This document shows, piece by piece, positions 25,801 to 44,571 of a stretch of 64,000 nt of DNA. This stretch comes from Klebsormidium nitens. Taxonomy: Eukaryota; Plantae; Klebsormidiophyceae. The position numbers were made by a program, and so were the translations under genes. Each line of letters opens with the position of its first letter. Position 1 is the stretch's first letter. Location: assembly GCA_000708835.1 (NCBI GenBank), contig DF237476.1, positions 100 through 64,099 of the forward strand. The letters run 5' to 3'. The notes below the pieces were generated by a model. The model saw only the letters and a program-made list of their open reading frames with translations. It was not told the DNA's origin and searched no databases.

Positions 25801-27389
25801 CACGTCGGGGGGGACCGCCCCTGCGACCCGCTGCACAAGGCCACTGGACACGCCACGGTTCTGAATCACAGGTGTCAGCCGGATTGCCGCTCCTGAGGTG
25901 GGGGCCANNNNNNNNNNNNNNNNNNNNNNNNNNNNNNNNNNNNNNNNNNNNNNNNNNNNNNNNNNNNNNNNNNNNNNNNNNNNNNNNNNNNNNNNNNNNN
26001 NNNNNNNNNNNNNNNNNNNNNNNNNNNNNNNNNNNNNNNNNNNNNNNNNNNNNNNNNNNNNNNNNNNNNNNNNNNNNNNNNNNNNNNNNNNNNNNNNNNN
26101 NNNNNNNNNNNNNNNNNNNNNNNNNNNNNNNNNNNNNNNNNNNNNNNNNNNNNNNNNNNNNNNNNNNNNNNNNNNNNNNNNNNNNNNNNNNNNNNNNNNN
26201 NNNNNNNNNNNNNNNNNNNNNNNNNNNNNNNNNNNNNNNNNNNNNNNNNNNNNNNNNNNNNNNNNNNNNNNNNNNNNNNNNNNNNNNNNNNNNNNNNNNN
26301 NNNNNNNNNNNNNNNNNNNNNNNNNNNNNNNNNNNNNNNNNNNNNNNNNNNNNNNNNNNNNNNNNNNNNNNNNNNNNNNNNNNNNNNNNNNNNNNNNNNN
26401 NNNNNNNNNNNNNNNNNNNNNNNNNNNNNNNNNNNNNNNNNNNNNNNNNNNNNNNNNNNNNNNNNNNNNNNNNNNNNNNNNNNNNNNNNNNNNNNNNNNN
26501 NNNNNNNNNNNNNNNNNNNNNNNNNNNNNNNNNNNNNNNNNNNNNNNNNNNNNNNNNNNNNNNNNNNNNNNNNNNNNNNNNNNNNNNNNNNNNNNNNNNN
26601 NNNNNNNNNNNNNNNNNNNNNNNNNNNNNNNNNNNNNNNNNNNNNNNNNNNNNNNNNNNNNNNNNNNNNNNNNNNNNNNNNNNNNNNNNNNNNNNNNNNN
26701 NNNNNNNNNNCTGAGGTGGGGGCCACGCCTAGTTCCAGCGCGTGCTGCACGGGGGGAAACCCCGCCCACGGCTCCTCTCCTGCGGACCCCGCTCGTGCTT
26801 CGTCCCCGGGGCCCCCGTTCAGGTCAGGCAGGGGGATCATCCTTGGTGGCTCCGTCCGCTGCGATTGCACCCCATTCGGCTGAGGCACGTCCCTGCCGGT
26901 CCCCAACTCCGGTTGCAACGGCGGCCCCAGGGAAAAGTTGTCCAGGCCCCCCTCCCCCGCACTGACCTGCGGACTCCCCCCGCTAGCGCGCTTCCCGCGC
27001 CGCGGGGAGACTGCGGGGGCCTCGCGGGGCGTCCGCGGAGGTGCGGGCGCTTCCGCCAGCTTCCGCAGGCGCTGCTGCTCGGCCTCAGGCAGGTGTGAAA
27101 GATACTCGTCGCGCAGCTCGCCCTTCTTGGTCTTGAGCATCTGGTCGCGCTTGGGCTGCTTGTCGGTGCGGCGGTACACCATTTCAATGTCCACCACCTG
27201 CCGGATGTGCCCACCCTTCTCGGCAACCCGCTCCGCGTACTTTTCCTGCCGCCTCTCGTTCTGGTCCGCGCTGCCCTGGTTGGCAGACACCTCGATCCCC
27301 CGGGGAAACTCGATGACGTAAAACCGGTATGGAAGCTTTACGGTTGCAATGGGGGTGGGCTTGGGGCTGGGCTTGGTAGGGGACGGGGC
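19846..27389 (-). CDS. Enhancer of polycomb-like (EPL1 domain; plant EPCR-type) chromatin protein; N-terminus incomplete
   Basis: Exons: 23323-27389 (spans the N gap), 22652-22880, 22103-22303, 21406-21694, 19846-20983. GT-AG, phases consistent. Motifs: 'WSLVFNARIDWHRFKDLH..IPIPGVVEVE', 'YDADSEDEEWL', 'LERIVDKLEK', 'VYAHWRGRRQK..LIRYFQ', 'KPPLDAFSLRP'. Several GRP/RGRP AT-hook-like and basic NLS-like stretches. Confidence 0.85.
25908..26710. other. Assembly gap (803 N), probably spurious
   Basis: The identical 15-mer ctgaggtgggggcca sits on both flanks (25893-25907 and 26711-26725). Confidence 0.95.
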
Positions 27390-27608
27390 CTGAAAAGGCA
27401 GGGGAATAGTGAGCTCAGATTGTTCTTGGTTGAGGCTCTGGTGGTCATGACGTTCTTACGGGGCAGCTCTTCTCAGCGGCAGACTCCAGCACATGTGCAT
27501 GCACCATTCTAAATAAGCAGGTCTTCCTGGAAGACCTCAAGCGCTCTAGGGGGTGGTCTAAGTCAAATGACTGTCCTCCAGGAGGGGAGCTCGAGGCTGA
27601 CCTGAGGA

Positions 27609-27624
27609 CTGACTGACTGACTGC
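27609..27624 (+). repeat. (GACT)4 microsatellite
   Basis: gactgactgactgact. Confidence 0.85.
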
Positions 27625-28635
27625 TTGATTTCAGGGACTAAAGGCAAACAGCTGCCAATTCAGAAATGGATAGAAGACCATTGGAAGAGTCCCATTCGAC
27701 CTGATCTGAAAACCACCTCCACTCCACCCAATAGCATGGCAGCTCTGAAAGCCTCATTAGTACTTCCCAAAAAAGTCCTGGAAAGATAGAAGTCCTGGCT
27801 GAACTGTGACCAGTACAGACTGCATCCGCTACTGGCAAGATGCGCAGGGAGCGTTGCCTTACCAAGTGCAACAACCGGTCTGGAGACCCTGGTCCCTGCT
27901 GCAATTGATTAAGGACACCCGTCTGCAAGAGGCAAGGCCCATTTGTGGCTATCAGTGACCGTCTTGGCCCCCGAAAGGAACAGCACTCTTATTGCCACCA
28001 CAATGACTCTACTCGGAGTGCGGATAACAATAAAAAAGAGTCCGGTTTTTCAAGTGGTGACGCTGTTTCCACATGCATTATGATCTGAAACTAGACCCAA
28101 TATGCGCCTGACTCTGAAGATGTATACAACCGTCCACTTTGTATTGCAAGTCAAACTTGCCCCCGCAAAGCATTGGTGGCCGATGCTCTTTCAGCGATCC
28201 AAAGTATGTCAACACCCCACCCTGCTCAATGCAAAACTTGCTGAAAAGTTGTTACCAAACCACTTGCAAAGAATGGCTTTGAATGCATGTGCCATCAAAG
28301 TATCAAGATTGCTTCGGAGCAGCTTATGGCAACATTTGCAAAGACCACCTAATCAATTCAAAAAGTTGGCTGCAGGTTCTCTCTGAATGCTGCTGCTGAT
28401 GCTCCACCCAATGCCATTTGAGAAACTACTTACGACCTCTCACAACCCCCCCTGCAGCTACTCGTTTGGGGGACTGCTCAAAGGCAGCACCTGACACCCA
28501 TCACAAGGTCGCGCGAGCTCAACAATCAACCCTCAGCTCACGAAAAGGTCCAAGATGTGCATCAAAGGTTGATGCATTGAACTGAATTTGAAAAGAAGCA
28601 ATGGCTGAGCACCTGAGCCGTCCTAGACCACTCAC

Positions 28636-28980
28636 GTGCAAGAACGAGCCTGGGCTTCCATTCTCCTCGCTCCCCGCATTTGCACCCCGCTCGGCCAAGG
28701 CCACCGCCCCATCCCCCTCCGCAACACCGCTTATCAGGTCCTCATCCTCCCCACAATTGCCGCCCGCCTCCCTCTCTGAAACAGGGGTCGCCCGCCCCTC
28801 ATCCCCGCTTGCAACCGCGGCCGGCTCTGGCGCTAGCATCTGGAGGCCATTCCAGAAGGCCGCCCCCTCCCTATCTGCGAGAAGCCTGCTCACCGTGTGC
28901 TGGTCAAACAAGGGAGCTCCCTGCTTGCATTCATGAATCCGCTCGTCTCTATCAGCAATAATGTCAGAGAACTGGACCAT
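28636..28980 (-). CDS. Probable first coding exon of the EPL1/EPCR gene (or a separate small gene)
   Basis: ATG at 28980, 115 open codons (MVQFSDIIADRDERIHECKQGAPLFDQHTVSRLL...), strong donor CAC|GTGAGT. Candidate small exons at ~28434-28491 and 27863-27922 could bridge to 27389, but phases are not resolved. Confidence 0.45.
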
Positions 28981-30038
28981 GGTCTACGATGAGCAGCGGC
29001 ATCGGCAGCAGCAGCATCAATGTCAGCGGGCTCTTTGAGAGCACCGGACAATCAGCCGGCGGCGTTTTCAATCTGCAGCGACGCTTGACGGAGAAGCGTG
29101 CAGAATTTCTATAGCAAGAGCTGACCATACGAAGAAGCCGCCGAGCTGCCGCACATGGCTCCTTCAAAAGCTCAGCCAGAAGCGCTACACCTATATCATG
29201 ACTCCTTGCCCGCTATAAAACCGACAACAACTTCCCTTCTGCTAATAGGCCTCCAGGGGAGCTCCTATGATCATTCAACTTCACTTTTCGAATGCGCAGA
29301 CGCCCCTGATTCAACAGCAGTCTCCGCCTTTTCGGAAGTGTTCCAAGAACAGTTGCGGCCGCTGTCCCGAGTCAAACTGTCGAAGATGACAAAATGCACG
29401 CCGTGTCTTTTCGAACGAGGTCCCCCTGTATTTAGGGGTCCGCCTGCAGTGCGGGACCTGGGCCAGATCGCTCCGCCAGGCTCACCGCAACCGACTTCAA
29501 CCGTGCGCTGTCTTTTCCAATCGCAGCCGTTGATAAGAATTGGATTGCTGATTTTTGCTGGCAGACCGTTGGATGAAACAACAAGATCTGTCCGCAGAAC
29601 TGCACCTTCCGTACCTGCCGCCGGAAAGTGCACCCTTCCTTTTCACGACGGCCACATATGATGCAGGGTGGCATCTCGATGCGGCTGACGTCAAGTAACG
29701 GCAGGCGCGGACTAGCATGGCGCAGAAAAGCGAAAGCGATCCACAAACTTTCGGGGGCCCTCAACCAACTTGAGGGGTTGGTGAGGGGTTTACTATCCGA
29801 CGTGGGCTATTTCGGAAGTGCCACGTGGAGTGCTTCCCTCATTCACAAGTCCTGGTGCAGGAGCTTGTGTTTCTGGCATGGTGGCCGCTAGCTCAAAAGA
29901 AGGGGAGTCAGCAGGAGAAGCGTTTGAGGACGCACATTGGCAGCAATGCTGAGCTGCAAGAGCTCCAGGCCACCTCTGAACTGCCCGAAGGTCGTGCCAA
30001 GGCCGTCTGCGGAGGTCTCCACCACTGTTTGTGGGAGC

Positions 30039-33000
30039 ATGCGGCAAGCGGCAGTCCGGCGCCTTTCTGTGCTGGCTGCATCGGTCATCAATAGTCAGAT
30101 TGCGTCTGTTTGTGACTCAGGCGTTCGGAGATCACTGCAGAGTTACGCGCAATGTTCTTCTAGCCCAGGAAACAACACTCACAATGCTGTGACTTCTGGT
30201 TCGTTGACTTCTTCTTGCAGTGCTCCTTACGAATTTCAGCATCTCGCATCTTTTGGAACAAGTAGTTTACACAGAGATCTTGCCAGGGGATCACGTGCGC
30301 AGTTCAGCACACAAGCGGTGTCAACCTCGGAAAAGGGCGCCAACATGGCTTTCCAGGCGGCCTCAGAACCAGACATCTCGTACCTGACCCAAAAGGAAGC
30401 GGCGGCGATTGATGAGGAGCTGATGGGGCCCTTGGGGTTCTCCGTTGACCAACTGATGGTACGCCAGAGCAAATACATAGAAACAATGCATGAGGCGCCT
30501 TTCATTTGAAAGCAGGCTACCACTACCAATGATCACCACTCAGGACTTCTTTTGATTGTTGAAGCTCCTGACGTTCGGGCTTTGCTCTCAACATGATTCA
30601 TTAAAAGAAGTCACCATAACATTGTCCCGTTCTATGTATGTATAAGGACCAGAAGGTTGTCTGTTTGAGTTGAAATAGGACCTGATGCCCAGTTCAATTG
30701 TTCCCCCTCTTCACATGCCACCTCAGAACAAGTGCCATTCGCACCACCCTTTCCAGGAACTAGCGGGCTTGAGTGTCGCGTGCGCCATCTACGAGGTTTA
30801 CCGTCCATCTGAGTACCGGCGCGTGCTGGTGATTTGCGGGCCAGGAAACAATGGCGGAGACGGTTTTGTGTGTGCTCGGCACCTGCACCACTTTGGCTAT
30901 GCGCCGACCATCTGCTATCCAAAGCGTACGGATAAGCCGCTCTACAAAGGCTTGGTGACACAGGTGAATATGCATTTCAACTCCCTCTTTCACTGATGAA
31001 ACCTGTTGAATTCTCGTAGCTTTTAGTCTCAAGCAACAGCTGAGCCAAGGCTTTTCAGATGTCCTCGAATTGGAGATCACACATATCTGAACCTCGGAGT
31101 TTTGAGGTAGCAACGGAATTGGGGTCGACTGTGAGTGCCTGCTTACAGTCTGTCATAATCTGGACATTTTGATGCATACGAATATTAAAAATTACCATGC
31201 GTTCAGTACTAAACTGAAAAGTCAGGTCGCCATTGCCCCTCCGACTGGGCAGCTTATCCTCAATTCCTAAACTCGTTCTCTTGCAGCTAGAGGCGCTGCA
31301 CGCGCCTTTCGTCGACCCCGAGAGCCTCTCGTTGCCTCTGACCGACCACTACGACGTCATAGTGGACGCCATGTTCGGCTTTTCCTTCAAGGGGATCCCC
31401 CGGCCGCCTTTCGACAAGATTGTGAAGATGCTCTCGGTGGGCCCGGACACAAACCCCGCTGAGACCGGCGTTCCTCCGACTGTCTCGATAGACATTCCCT
31501 CGGGGTGGGATGTCGAGAAAGGGGATGTAGAGACCACGGGGTTCCATCCTCCGATGCTGGTGGGTTGCTGAGAACTGTCTCTGAAGAAGTTGATGTAGCG
31601 GTTGCGTTTGGAAATACTTCAACTTCCTGGACGCCGATAGGAGGTGCCTGAATCCTCCCACAAGCAGCATATCCAGTCACGTTGCACTTGTGATTATGCG
31701 AATGACGGTTACAGTGGTGGCTGTGCTCAGGACAGGGATGAGGAGGTGTATGCTAAAGTCCGATTCAATTTCTTTCTTTTTCAATTGACACAATCCATCT
31801 GGAATCCAGCTCTGCGTGATTCACTGCAGATTACATGAGTCGCAGGTGTCGGCTCACATTCACATCCGACTTATAAGGATCAGATTGAGAACGAGCCTCA
31901 GGATGAAACTTTGATGAGACTTTGATTCTCATAAGACGAGGAGAATGCAGTCATCCACATCAAGCCCTCATCTTCCCAGGTTTCGCTCACTGCCCCCAAG
32001 CTGGCCGCCAAGTTCTTCCACGGCCCCCACCACTTCCTGGGTGGTCGGTTCGTCCCCCCGGCCATCGTCGAAAAGTTTCACCTCAGGCTGCCCCCCTTCC
32101 CTGGGACGTCTCAGTGCGTGCGTATTGGCCCGGCCGTCCTCGACGTGGCCGCAATGCGGCTTAGCTATGAGGCGGGGGCGCTAGACGAGGAAGATGCGGC
32201 AAAGGATCCCGTCGAGCAGGTGGTGCAACGAGCTCTGAAGAACGGCTGATGCAATGCCACTGGCTTAGACGCCCTAAGTAGTCTGCGATTTGCTGCTTAA
32301 CAGAAGCAAACAACATGGAAGGATGAGTGTTGAACGATTGGGCTTCCTTCGGAAGTTGGCATTTCCGGTGCGTTTTGAGACGTGGGGGAACTTCGACTCT
32401 GGGGAGCTTCTTACTCCCCTATAATGGTGCTAGGACGAAAGGCTCGGAAAGCTTTCGATGTTTGCCAATGTTAATTCGACCTCGGGTCTCGTTTACTCTC
32501 GTGCCCATCGTTGTTATTTCTGTCACAGAATCACGTTTTGTAGCAGTATCACCGCTTCGATTCACGAGTCTCCAACTGCCGAGGTTGAAGGCACCTTGGC
32601 TGGTTATAATCACTAGACTTCTTGCCCTTTCAACCATTATGAAGGGAGGCTCGTATGTCACGGCAGAATGGCTCCTGAAGTCTTCCCTCTTGCTCCGAAT
32701 AGAAGCCGAAGCGTGATGTCAAGTGGAGTCCGATGAGCCGGGTCGTTTTTTCAAAAACTGTGGGAAACCCTGCAATTGATTCTGCGCACAGAGGCCTGAC
32801 GTTCCCCTACCGTGCACCGCAGTTCTCGCGGTGGTTCAACGACGCGGTTGCGGCCAACATCCACGAGCCCAACGGGATGTCGCTCGCGACCGTGAGCGCG
32901 GACGGGCGCCCCAGCAACCGGTTCGTTCTGCTCAAGGGTTACGACGCGGACGGGTTCAAATGGTACACTAACTACGGGAGCAGGAAGGGGAGTGACCTCA

Positions 33001-34279
33001 GCGAGACGGGGCGCGCCGCGCTCGCCTTCTGGTGGCCGGGGTTGGAGAGGCAGGTGAGGAACCGGTTGAGAGAGGCCCGGTGTGAAAAGGTGTTTGGGAT
33101 GTTGAACACGTTTTGGGGCGTTGTCCGGCTTTGGCACTTGTTGCCGACTGCTGCTGTATGGTTGAACCAGCGTTGTTGGGGCATTGTCTAGGTGAAAGGT
33201 CCGAACGATCGAGTGCCCTCCTTCAACGAAGGCTCCAGATGCGTCGGCTATTTTCGGGTGTGATGGAGACCAGCAGATGTAACGGATGTGTAATTGTCTG
33301 GCAGGTTCGGATCGAGGGCGACGTTGAGAAGCTGCCGTCGGAGGAGTCGGACGCCTACTTCCACAGCCGGCCCAAGGGGAGCCAGATCGGCGCTGCAGCA
33401 AGCCCGCAGGTGAGGAGAACTTCCTGCACACTAACCAGTCGCTTCGCGAAACGTGGAGTGACGGATGTGCTTATAGAACATTAGACTCCAAACATTCTCT
33501 GATAGAATCTCCGTAGTGGCAGCTAACTTCGTTCAGCGGCAACTGTCGAAAATGGTCTGCCTAATCATCGCTTGGCTTCGCTACATTCGAGCCAACGCCA
33601 TGTCTGCACACCCCCTCTGCATTGGTTGCCTCTTATCGGTAAGGCGTTGTCAGCCGCCGCGGCGTGCTAAAAGCCTTTCATTAGGGGGCATTGTTGAGTC
33701 CGGAAGGTTTCATTTTCGTGCTTTTCAAGGCAACCTTTCGCCGCCTGTAAGCGTTGTTCACCTTTTCCACGTCCGCTGGCGTGCCCAGAGCTCGGTGGTC
33801 CCCAGCCGGTCGACCTTGGAGGACATGTACAAGCAACTAGAGGCGGAGTACCAAGATAAGGAGCTGCCCCGGCCGGAAACCTGGGGCGGATTCCGGTTGC
33901 GGCCCCAGCGGATCGAGTTCTGGCAGGGGCGGCCCAGCCGGCTGCACGACAGGTGCGGTTCTCGGGCGTCCTGAATCTACTATTGCTTCACCGTTCATGT
34001 TGTCTTGGGCATTTCTCTTCATTTTGTCCAATCTTGAACCCAATACTAATGGCTCCTGGTGAAACTTCATCCGTGTGCAGACATTCCTGGTTGTCTCAAT
34101 TCTGTTTCACAGGTTGTTGCTCACGGAATGGGTCAGCGTTTGCGAGCTTGAGTAACCTCGTGAGCTTTTCTATTGCCCGTGCACGCAGAGGCTGAAGCAT
34201 GTGATACTTTCCCTTTGAACGCAGGCTAGTGTACACGCAATCCGATGGCGAGTGGAAGATCGAACGTTTGGCACCATAG
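30039..34279 (+). CDS. PDX3: NAD(P)HX epimerase (YjeF_N) - pyridoxine/pyridoxamine 5'-phosphate oxidase fusion, 8 exons, ~564 aa
   Basis: Exons: 30039-30458, 30757-30963, 31287-31559, 31980-32219, 32823-33053, 33305-33409, 33789-33952, 34225-34279 (1695 nt). YjeF_N motifs: 'GPGNNGGDG', 'DAMFGFSF', 'SIDIPSGW', 'SLTAPK'. PNPOx motifs: 'EPNGMSLAT', 'RFVLLKG', 'YTNYGSRKG', '[13 protein letters not shown]', 'WKIERLAP*'. Confidence 0.95.
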
Positions 34280-35296
34280 GGCTTATTTGCGCTTATAGGA
34301 GTGTGCCGGTCACGTGCGAGCATGACGGTATTTCGCTGAGGGTCAGTATTGACAGTCATCAAGGGAGAAAACATCATGTGTTGAACAGGACGCCATCAAT
34401 ATTTCTGAGCATAGTCGTCCTGTCCGTTTACAAAACATGGTCCGACATGGTCATCGGAAAACTCATGCTGAGCTGGGCCGCATGGTGTTCGCATGGTAAA
34501 TTCAGTGCGGGTGGAGCAGCTCGTGCCAGCTTGGCCCGGCCGAAGCTGCATCTAGCTGCCGGGCCGGGCATCAATTGCAGGCATCGAGCTCATAGAATGG
34601 ACTGATGTGAAGCTCAGACTCACACATGTGATCATGTGCACAATCCCTGGCATGCATATACCTTTATCATTTGGATGATTGCATATATATGCCATGCTGG
34701 CCTTAATTTGCGCAACCCGCCGCCGGCCTCAATAGTCGCGCCGCCATATAGACCCAAGCCATAGATTGCATTCCATGACTAGAGCTCGAGGCGCGCAAAG
34801 GCATCGATGAGTACAGGATTGGATGGTAAGCTCTACACCCGAGCGCAACTGAGTCAGTATTGGACTTCTATATCCGATAGAAAAATTGATTTCCGAGTGC
34901 ATGCCATGGCCTGGACCGTCGACAGTGGCGGGCCCGGGGTGCAATTGTAACTGGCAATCTGCCAGGCGTACCGTACGTGCGCCAACGTGCTGCGATAATG
35001 TAAGGGCCCGCAATCAACCACCTCACCTGTGCTTGCAAGTATACACTACGTAAAGTCTAATGGAGCTTTTATTGAGTCCTATCTGTAAAAAGCAAAGCTT
35101 CTCATTCACTTGTATCAGTGTCGAAGGATATGAAACGATGCCGGCCGGGCCGCTGCGGTGCTCAGCTTGCATATAGTATACCCTTGCTGCTGATTCATTG
35201 ACAGTCGCCTGGGTTTCCCTCTGCTATCGCACTATGCACTGACTTTCATCACACTCTCCTAACAACAGAGCGGATCATAATCGAGAAAATCAACCT

Positions 35297-41189
<5,893 letters not shown>

Positions 41190-41346
41190 TTTCTTACGAA
41201 TGTTGCTTGACCAGAAGGACCACCTAGCTGGCGCTACGAAGTGCAAAGATCTTTTAGAATTTTGCTCTACAAGGTGTTTTCCATATGCGCCCTGGGCCCG
41301 CTAGCTGATGTTGATCAACACTGCAGCAGGTGTTGGTTGCACAGCT

Positions 41347-41364
41347 TAGGGTTTGTGAACCCTA
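41347..41364. promoter_or_regulatory. Inverted pair of telo-box-like motifs between divergent GH31 and FAP genes
   Basis: TAGGGTTT (41347-41354) followed by AACCCTA (41358-41364). TAGGGTTT also occurs at 50091-50098 and 63569-63576. Function inferred from the plant telo-box AAACCCTA. Confidence 0.4.
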
Positions 41365-41709
41365 GTTTCATCTTCCGGCCCAGATTCTCCGATTCGTGGG
41401 TGTGAATGAGCGCCCTGCGGGGAGGCCGGCCGCCGGGGGAGCTAGATTCAGGCACATGCAATGTGCATGTGCATGGAATCTCTGGTCCCTTCCGCAAGGT
41501 TTTGCTGCCCACATCAGAATTGCGCATGCCCATTGCGGCATGATTGCCCACTCAAGTTCAGCGAGAGCACATCCCTGTGAGCCCTGCTGATCCGCTGTCG
41601 ATCAGTTTGATTCAGCTCACGGGCAAGCAATAGCTTGCAGAGGAATGCTCCTCAAGGCGGATGCGAACCATACCATTGTGTGAGAAGGGTGGGCGACGGA
41701 AGGTCGTCG

Positions 41710-44571
41710 ATGGAGGGCAGATGGAGTGACATTGCACGCTCACGCTACGCACCTGGAGCGGCTGACAACTGGGCTCTCAGGCCAAGTCACTACTGGAAAG
41801 AGGCCATGTCAATTCCCTGGGTAGCAAAGCATACGCTTCTGATCGCACGCTTGGTTGCAGTGCAAACTCATCATCCTCACCAGCCCCATCAAAACTTCCA
41901 GCAGAATGCCACTCGCGAGGTTCGCAATCATGGTCATGGCCCATTTCAAGCACTTGCTGTTCAGGCGGCTGAGGCTGCTGCTGGCTTTTCAAAGCTTCCT
42001 TGGGCAGAGATGAGCAGTGTCAAGAAAGGGGTGTCAGCGGCCCTGGCATGTCTGGCAGTGGTTGTTCCGATGGGAGATCTGAGGTAAGGCAGACAGCTTC
42101 CAGAACATTTACTAGATCCGCAGATCTCTGCGATATGTGTATCGTCCAGTCTTGCAGCACATCAGACCGAGGCTACATTACAGTGCAATCTGTACTACTC
42201 CCTGCAATTGCAACCCATTGAAATGTATCTTCTGCTGTCAATTATTGCTGTGAACAACGGTGTTGAAAAGGCAGCTTTGAAGGCTGAACTCAGTCATGCC
42301 CTTTTGTTCTGTAGCAGTATATCTCATTAGCTTTGGGTCTCTGAGGGAATTGTTTTTCTATTTATGTGCAGGGTTTTGGAAAGTGACGTCCAGGAGGCTC
42401 TCAGTTGTCTCGCCTCAGAAAAGGGCCTGACAGCTACGGCAGAGGGAAAAGTGGTCGAGCCAATGACAAAGCTTGAGTTTGAGTCTGTTATTTGCGATGG
42501 GAGTGGTGCCGACTGCAAGGTGAGTTTTCAGTGGTCACTCCTCATACGTGCGATCAGGTTCTCCTGCTATATTCCAGCCGGTCATTGCAAGTCCGCTTGA
42601 ATCTTTCTTAGGGTGTTGAACTCTTCTGTTCCAACTCCTATGACGGGGTGTAAGTATCTAACAGATTCCTTGTTTTTGCAGATATTGCTTGGAGTCGGCC
42701 ATCGCAGCAAGAGTCTCCTGAGGATGAAGAACCTGAGGATATATGCATTTGGCTTATGTAAGTCAGCTGATCCTTGATGATGACCTGCTTCTGAAAATGA
42801 TGATCTTCTGATCAGCAGAGGCGTGTGCTTAATCTGATGGAAAACCGTAGCTTGAGATTGATCCTCTCCCAGCCTTATAGATAGCCTTTATTAAATTGGC
42901 CACACTTCTGAAGCCTGCTTCGAAGCCGGAACCTGGACCTGTTGCTGTTTCGATGAAAATAACCTTAGTAAGATTTCAAGTTTGATTTCACTCGTGCTCT
43001 TTCGTCGTTCGTCAACTTGGGACATAGATTGTCAAGTGTATCTGACATGCCGGTCTGCCCATGCAGATGCTGACCCAAACCTGATCCGCTCTCAATTTGG
43101 TTCCAAGTATAAGGGAGTATCTCCAGAGGACTTGAGGAACAACCCGCAATTCTACCAAGATGTGTTGACGTAAGTCCTGCATCTTCGGGACCTTCGCAAC
43201 TCAAGAAGCCTTCTGTCCATCTTCAGATATTTGATTTTCTGCTTTCTGTTTTCACTGTTCCTGACAATCTTGATGTGTCAACCAGGCACTTTGCTACTCC
43301 GTCCAATGCTTGGGTCTGGCTGTGGTCGACCTAGACAGCACTGGGGGATTGGATTGTCAGGATGCGTCCCCTCTCTACTTGAAACCAACGTCTGCAATAC
43401 TGTGCCAGAGGCGAAGAGAGTGCGTTGATGTTTCTCTTCCTCCTGTTGTCGCACCTGCAGGCACGAGTGCGATCTGACCGTTCGGTTGATCGTGCACTTC
43501 AAGGGCTTGACCATGGACAAAGTGAAGGAGGCGTTCGAAGGCTCTTTGAAGAGGCGCCTTTTCAAGGTCAGAGCAACCCGTCTGAATACTTGCACGTCAT
43601 GATGAACCAGGCTGAGCCAGACTGGTTTTGTTGCACCACCTCGTCTCTGTCTGTGCAATCGAGAGAGCGCTGATCAGCTCATCTGTTTTTGAGTACTGTT
43701 AGCCTCAAGATTCACCTGCTCCTGGTCTAATGTGATTGTCTTTTGTTGCAGATTACTGGCCGGGAGGATCATGAAGAGTTGGTCAAGTTCTCAAGTTACT
43801 TCAACAAGCCCATGAAAATCAAGAGGGTGAGCTCGTTCTCTTCCTGCAATTGTTAAACAATATTCGTGAAGGCTTTTTTTTTCCTTACGCTGCTCTGTAT
43901 GGTTTCCTACAGTTCGATGGTGCTGGAAAGCCGGTGTTGATTGTTTGTTACTCTTATTGATGGTGAGCTGGCTCTCAGCAACTTTGGTCATTCTGATGGA
44001 GTAGACTTTGACATGTCCGTCCACATGCCCGTTCAGGGAACAACGATCGACTTTCGATGGCATCCTGGGGGCAAGCTCTCCACCAGAAGTGAGTCTTGCT
44101 TGCGTCCTTCACGCTCGTTAATATTGTGGCTACAACCTTCATAACGTAAGCGGGATTAGCCGGATCTGCACTGAGGGATCTCTTGGAACCGCTGTGCATC
44201 GTTGGTCTTCGTATCAGAACGAAGACCCGGACGGAATGTCTCTTGATGCACCGCTGTCATTCAGTGCAAGCGTACACAGGAGACGTGTTTTCACCTCCTG
44301 TTGACTGCGCTGGTTCTCAATTGGCTGAACGACAGCTTTGTTCTGCAACAGGTTTCAAATTATGCTACATGCATCCAGAGTCCTCTGATCATTAGGGCTC
44401 TCTTCAACAACCTCTTTTGTGATGCTTGCAGTTGCAGGGAAACAGATTGGCGTCATCGAGAGTGGGGTGTTCTGCAAGGCTTTCTTTGATATGTACGTAG
44501 GAGATCCGCCTGTGCTGCAGTCCGCAAAGGAGGAATTTGGTGCCAATCTAGCTCGAGTTCTGTCTTGTTAA
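41710..44571 (+). CDS. Chalcone-isomerase-fold fatty-acid-binding protein (FAP family) with long N-terminal extension; start uncertain
   Basis: Exons: ~41710-42083, 42372-42519, 42682-42757, 43067-43169, 43461-43566, 43752-43826, 44037-44088, 44432-44571; phases consistent. Motifs: 'LLGVGHRSK', 'IYAFGLY', 'LTVRLIV', 'AFEGSL..R', 'GTTIDF', 'FCKAFFDMYVGDPPV..AKEEFG'. Confidence 0.88.

Noticed and set aside
23221-27290. Very long ORFs in the track (1182 aa, 471 aa, 355 aa, 326 aa)
   Set aside because: Artefacts of reading through the N gap; the real frame is the fused EPL1 exon.
32220-32822. Riboswitch or hidden ORF in the PDX3 intron
   Set aside because: No conserved aptamer motif recognised; the short ORFs lack motifs.
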